Shown in pieces: positions 58,470-64,000 of a stretch of 64,000 nt of DNA (its first letter is position 1; every line of letters begins with the position of its first letter). The notes beneath the pieces are model-generated. The model saw only the letters and a list, made by a program, of their open reading frames with translations. It was not told where the DNA came from and did not search any database. The DNA lies in assembly GCF_000711695.1 (NCBI RefSeq), contig NW_013547018.1, positions 186,001 to 250,000 on the forward strand, given 5' to 3'. The stretch is from Tilletiaria anomala UBC 951. Its lineage: Eukaryota. The translations under genes were made by a program, and so were the position numbers.

Positions 58470-59690
58470 ACCACCTACGCACTTCTCTCTCCCCTTCGTG
58501 ACCTCGATCGAGAAGACCTTAGCTTGTAAGTATGCTACATACCAGTCGTCCAAGAGAACGAGTTTCAGAACGGTCACTCAGACCAAAAGCTAACGGTAAC
58601 CACGGCTACCAAGGGGGACTCAGTGCGCAGCACACCCTCACGCCGGGTTGCCATTTCTTCAACGATAACCTCATCACTGCTGGCTCTCACACCGCAAGAT
58701 CAGCAACCCCGTACAGGCAGCCACTTTTGTTTCGCCACCACCACGCCCACGCTCTCCCAGTACAACTGCGGTGTCCATGGCATCCCCATTTTCAATGCTG
58801 GTATCTGCGTTGCGCTTTCCATGATGCATTCGTTCATGTTAGCAGGAGGTGCGGCTCTCGTGCAAGCTGGTAGCGGCCAGCTCAGCGTCGGATACGTGCA
58901 GGCGGGTTGACCCTCACTTATTTGTTAGTATCTCGGCGGCTTGCGGGAGCTCTCCTCCAGCAACACTACGGAGCAACGCTTTTCTGCACGTACGGGATGG
59001 TCTGGTGTGGCCTCGCCATGTTCTTCATCCTCTTCTTTATCGAGCTATCCAACTATAATGGGGACACGCCAGGTATCTATTTGGCAGGCGGTATAGGCGC
59101 CGCGGACGCAGAGAACGCTGTTGGTCTCTTCCTTTTTCGTGAGTTCACTCCATTGAACGATTCACTTTTCAAGCATCGGGGGTCCTGGCCTTACTGACGA
59201 ACCTTTCTATTTCTCGTTTCAATCTGGCTGGAAATCACCATGTTCTTGACGATCCGACAATTTCGATGTCCAGACTATTAGCCAATCCGAGCCAATTGAG
59301 CTAACAACTGTTCTCCCTTCTTTCTCTTGCCCCACTTAGAGCCACTTTCAAGGCTAGCGTTGCTCTCATCATTCTTCTGAATCTCTTGAACCTCGCCTTC
59401 AACTTGCTTGAGTACGTGATGGGGCTATTATTTTGTCTCCTGCTGCCAAATAGCTAACCAAGTCTTAAATTGTTCTCTTCCGCGCTTCCTTCTACACTGG
59501 TAACTCAAATTTGCAGCTGGTAGGCCGTATCGTCGGCTGTCCCCTCGCATTCAGCGCCTGCTACTGAGTCTTGGAGACTGAAATGTGAAATCTATCCAGG
59601 GGAGCTTGCCCTTCGAACTCTATGGAATCCTCTTTCGTCTCGCCGCTGTGCAGTATTGGCATGGCTTCTCCCTTTACGAAACAAACTAGC
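58470..59690 (+). pseudogene. Frameshifted GPR1/FUN34/YaaH transporter gene, copy B
   Basis: Family fragments in changing frames: HTLTPGCH..., HRKISNPVQAATF, CFATTTPTLSQYNCGVHGI, GGAALVQAG, YGATLFCTYGMVW, AENAVGLFLF, ATFKASVALIILLNLL, IVGCPLAFSACY*. Frame changes at about 58688 and 58728. Both ends are approximate. Confidence 0.75.
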
Positions 59691-60144
59691 TTCGTCGCCC
59701 TGCCGACCATACCGCTTAAGAAGGAAACTTGAATGCGCTCTCGATTTTCGCTCGCACTTTTGTTGTCTGCGCGGCAATGAGAAGGTCCAGTCAAAGGGGG
59801 AGACGGTTAAATATTCGTAGTATGTCAGAGAACCAGAATACCTCGTTGCGATGCAATGCATGATTATTGAAATGGCGACATTGATTTTTCTTCTGTCTGC
59901 ATTTCATTGCCGAGCCTGCAACCGAGATTGGCTCCAAGCAAGGCGAAGGACTATTTCAGATGAGATAATATCCGAAGCCACGTAGCGCAGCCAAAGCCGT
60001 GACAGGGGACTTCGAAACATTTCCTATGCAAATTCCGTGACGATTTTGTCCAGTACATGTGCTGGAGAGCTCTCTTCAAATGTGTACAGTGCCGCGTATG
60101 CTCCAGCATCGCGTCTGCCAGAGGTTGCTTCCATCGCGTGCCGC

Positions 60145-62337
60145 TCAGCACTGTTTGGCGTACCCGACAGCCTTGGTGCCGGAGCCTTTCTCGAGCGAAT
60201 GTTGGTGACGCGGGTGGTGCTTATGGTGGGGGATATTGGTGGGTCCATGTGCGTGCTTGTCAGCGGTTGTCTTGTTGGACTTCGAGATGACGGATGCAAG
60301 CGAGGCCTCAGGCGAAGAGTTATCGGTCAACGACTCGGTGATGCTCATCAGGTCGTGCACGAGCAAGTCAATCATGTCTTCACTCAGATTCTCGCGCACG
60401 ACAACCCGCAGGATCTCCACGTCGGTCATCGGTGCGCTCAGGCTGTAGTTGGGCACTATACGCGTCGGCACAAAAACAGAAGAACGAATTAACGAGGAAA
60501 CCAAATTTTAGCTTGTGGGTCGATCAGAAAGTCTTACCGATCCAACCCTTGACACGGAGCAGCGTCTGGATCCAGTGCTGCTGCAAATGAGGGTACTATT
60601 TGGCATATTGTGAGCGAACACGTCAGCACCCTGCGCAAAATGTCAGGCAAGATCAGTGAAAATCCAGGATCGCTCGCTCACCTTGGTTTTGAATCCATCT
60701 GTCCACTTGAATGAAACGACGGGCAGACCTGGTGCGTAGTTTCTGCATTCCGACTCGTCGAATGAACCGACCTTGGTGTCGGCAGAAGCGATGACGCTTG
60801 CGGGGCGGTGGATATCCGACAGCACCTCGTAATATCCAGATGCTTCGAGCGCGCGCGAGAAGATGCGCGCGTTCTTGAGGTCGTCCATCATGACATTGCG
60901 GTAGCCCTCGAAGCCGAGGTTGATAAAATTGTAGTACTGGCCCAGCACCGGCGCCGCAGGGCGCGAAAAGTTCAAGTTAAACGAGTACTCGACGGAGCCG
61001 AGGTAGTGCAGCTCGAAGATGAGGTCCTTGGGAAGAAAGTCGGCCGATCGCCAGATGATCCACCCAATGCCGCAGTACACCATACCGAACTGTATTAACC
61101 GTGAACCCCCAAGTCAGGATCAACAGCTTGAGCAAAATTCAAGTGCAGCGCCTCACAGCGCAAAACGACATACCTTATGCCCGGAAGTGTTGATCGACTT
61201 GACGCGCGGGATCTTAAAGTCCCACTCGAGGTCGGGGAACGCAAATGGAGCAACCATGGCGCCGGAGGCACCATCAACGTGGATGGGAATGTCGTGTCCC
61301 GCATTCTTCTCGTACTCGTCGAGCAGGTCGGCCATCTCCTTGACCGGCTCAAAGTGGCCGGTGTACGTACTGCCGAGGATGATGATGGCGCCTATGGTGT
61401 TCTCGTCGACCATTTTGATCGCCTTCTTTGGGTCGAAGCAATAGTGGCTCTCCTTACTGATGGGTACGAGGCGCTCCTCGACGTCAAAGTACCGCGCAAA
61501 CTTCTCGATAGCGACTTGGGCGTTGCTGCCAAAGACGACGTTGGGCCCGGGGTTCTTGTAGTCCTTTCCAGCCGCCTTCATCTTCTCCTGCCAGCGCTTC
61601 TTCATAGCCAGGCCGCCGAGCATGATCGCCTCGGACGAGCCAGCTGTCGCGGTGCCCATCGCGCCGTGGCGCTTGCCGGTCGCCGGATCAATTTCCTTGG
61701 GCGCATGCCACAGATCGGCGAGCATCGAAATGCAGCGACCGTGGATGGTCATCGTGGCGGGGTACTCATCTTGGTCAGCAAGGTTGACGCTGATGTTCTC
61801 CATGATCAGCTTCGTGGCGGCACTATTCATGTACGTGTGGACGAAAGAGGCCTGCATTCCAGCCATGCTCAAAGTATCAGCTCTGGCCCGATGGGAAAGG
61901 GCAGTAGTCCCATCTCACAAGATTGAGCGTAGGCCTGAGTAAGCCGCCAGGATAGGAGGCAAGTCAGCGATCGAGATGACCGACGAATGCTTAGGTGGTG
62001 CATGCCCCATCAGATCCGTCTCACCTTCCGTCAAGCGCGAGCTCAGATGAAATGAGCTGGTACGCGGCATCGTCAGAAATACTGTCGGGGAAAAAGGGGG
62101 GCTTTTTCAGGCACATTGCGCAGTTCCCTGTATGCTTGTCTTTCACGAAGCGCAGATTCACCCAATAGATGGGAAGCTGTACTTTGGCAGCTCCTGTGTC
62201 TGGTATCGTCCGCCGAACGGACCTGAGTGTGCTGCGCGCTTCTTGGCACCACCGGGACGCTGGACGAAGGAGAGGTAGGGGTGATCCTGGGCCTGCTGGA
62301 TCAGGTCATCCGCGTCGATGTGCTTGGAGAGTGTCAT
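60145..62337 (-). CDS. GAD1: Glutamate decarboxylase (PLP-dependent)
   Basis: MTLSKHIDADDLI..., ELALDGR|PTLNL|ASFVHTYM, NLADQDEYP, TAGSSEAIMLGGLAMKKRW, AQVAIEKFARYFDVE, IHVDGASG, PLP-lysine motif SINTSGHK|FG, LNFSRP, GWI|VPNY. Six introns, including a 16-nt exon at 61934-61919. Confidence 0.95.
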
Positions 62338-64000
62338 CTTGGTCGGTCGGTCGAGCTTGCTTTCTTCTGTGTGGTCGTCGTATGTTTAAACTATGGTTGT
62401 GCATGGAGCGCTCGCGAGGGCTGCTGCGACAAAGGGACTTGTCGACGGAAGGGAAGTCGATGGGGCGAATAAGATGCAATCCTTGCTATATGTAAAAGAG
62501 CACCCCTCTTGGTCGCTGAGAAGCGGGTGCAAAAACGTGCGTGCGAGCGGGCCGCTGGCTGGTTCGTCGTCTCTGGAGTGGCGGCATTGTCGGTGATGAT
62601 GCACATTTGGTTTGATTGATTGCACATGCCTGGCGTTCCGGCTGCCGGCAGGAGTTAAAAAAAGTGGTTGGTGCATGACGTCGTCGTATCCAGACTGCAT
62701 AGGCGATGATGCAAACGCTGCCTGTGCATGGCCCGTGCGAAAGGCGATCAAGAAGATGAAGATGTGGGGGTGGGTCGCAGGTGCCGGCGGTGCGGCAAAA
62801 GGCAGGGACCACCACTGGCAGTGCAGCCAGGACGCAGCAGCAGCGGCACCTGTGGAGTTTGTGGCTGTCTGCACGCCTGGCAGACAGCCGCCCCCAGACG
62901 TCAGACCAGGCAGTCGTATGGCGCCTGCTGCGTGCGTGCGCCACCACGAATCAGGCGCGCAAGCTATTAGAGTTTTCTGGCCTTTCTGTCGCTCCAGCAA
63001 GTTCCTGGGGTTCCGGGATTTCCGGCGGAGGCCCACATGGTTTCTGGGACAAGTCACTGGGCTTTGGGTTGTATGCCGAGCCGCTCCCGTCGGGAGGGGA
63101 GGTCCAGGAAGCGCAAACTGTCTCCTCGGGCCACTTACACCTCAAGGTTCGTGCTCTGGACGCCTAGTGGGAGCAGCCCCCGAAAATATCCATCTTTTGC
63201 TACCAAAATATAAGGTTATAATACAAAGGCTTTCCGGGAGATCATCAGAGCGCGATTTCGAACAGCTGCTTCCCCGAAAATAGTCGCAGAGGATTCTGGG
63301 ATTCTTTTGTTTCTCGGACGCAGTATTTGCCAAGTTTCTGGGCCGGCCCTGCTATTTCGAATGATCCAGTCACCATCCATTTATCTGTTCTCCATCACCC
63401 TACACAATGACTCCTACGTCTGCATTCTGGGCACATGCTATAACCTGCTACCACTCTCGAACGTCTGGAGATGCGGCGTCACATCGATGTTGTTGCTGTT
63501 GCGTTGCCACGTCCGTATCCCTTGAAAGGCCGGCCGCATGGTCGAGAGTCAAGCGCATCAGCTCCAAAAGCTCGCGCACTGGACCGGAAGAGCATTTGCA
63601 CCCGGAACAGGCAGCTAAAATACTGACCAGCCTAGCCGGCGGCGGGGTTTGGTTCTTGGTCTCTGCGATGTTCTAGCTGGATATTCCACCATTTTCGACC
63701 TTGCAAAGCCCAGAAGTGGTCGAATCCCCAGCGCTACTCGGGTGTCTCAGGGCTATACTTTGGCAATCATCTTTTGCAGCAGAAGACAGTTGAGCAAATT
63801 GGAATCGCATTCGCGGCGCAGCTCGAGGCTTTCATCAAGATCACACAGGTGTGATATGCGCCAGCAGAACCTGCTCCCACTGCTTCAGCCCTTCCTCCGC
63901 GCCACCCTTAATTGGTGTGGCAGCAGCACTTGCGCAGCCATTCATCAGTTCATCATCGTCCACCTCATCCCTCGCATGAGCTGGCGGAGCGGTACCGCTG

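Noticed and set aside
63670..63735. tRNA-like T-loop word (GGTCGAATCCC)
   Set aside because: No cloverleaf, D-arm or acceptor stem could be built.
62386..64000. ORFs of 150-223 aa upstream of GAD
   Set aside because: Overlapping on both strands with no coding signature; more likely promoter or leader DNA for GAD and a gene beyond the window.

Overview
Eukaryotic, intron-containing, GC-rich fungal DNA. Gene content, intron style (GTRAGY donors, CTRAC branch sites, mostly 60-130 nt) and protein style point to a basidiomycete, probably Ustilaginomycotina; this is an inference. I can support 17 intact-looking genes: RPS25 (3' end runs off the window), a His-rich secreted fasciclin, mitochondrial AspRS, SNU114, COQ1, a CBM48/AMPK-beta-like protein, a membrane GH17 glucanase, a myristoylated F-box/LRR-like orphan, 6PF2K/FBPase-2, HSP104, SWD1/RBBP5, an LtrA-family membrane protein, a small GPI-type protein, BCKDH E1-alpha, a KDM5/JARID1 demethylase, RPT2 and glutamate decarboxylase. 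Most of these sit in head-to-head pairs. The most unusual items are: (i) a divergent pair of distinct GPR1/FUN34/YaaH (Ato/Ady2-type) transporter genes at 54.3-59.7 kb, both disrupted and not evident from the ORF track; (ii) an RPS25 start codon split A|TG by a 619-nt intron with a long-range 'zipper' stem and several internal hairpins; (iii) a strict 10-bp-periodic GAA heat-shock element between HSP104 and SWD1; (iv) a candidate alternative first exon inside the long PFK2/FBPase-2 intron. I found no tRNA, rRNA, CRISPR array or recognisable transposon. All exon boundaries were read by eye and no database search was run.
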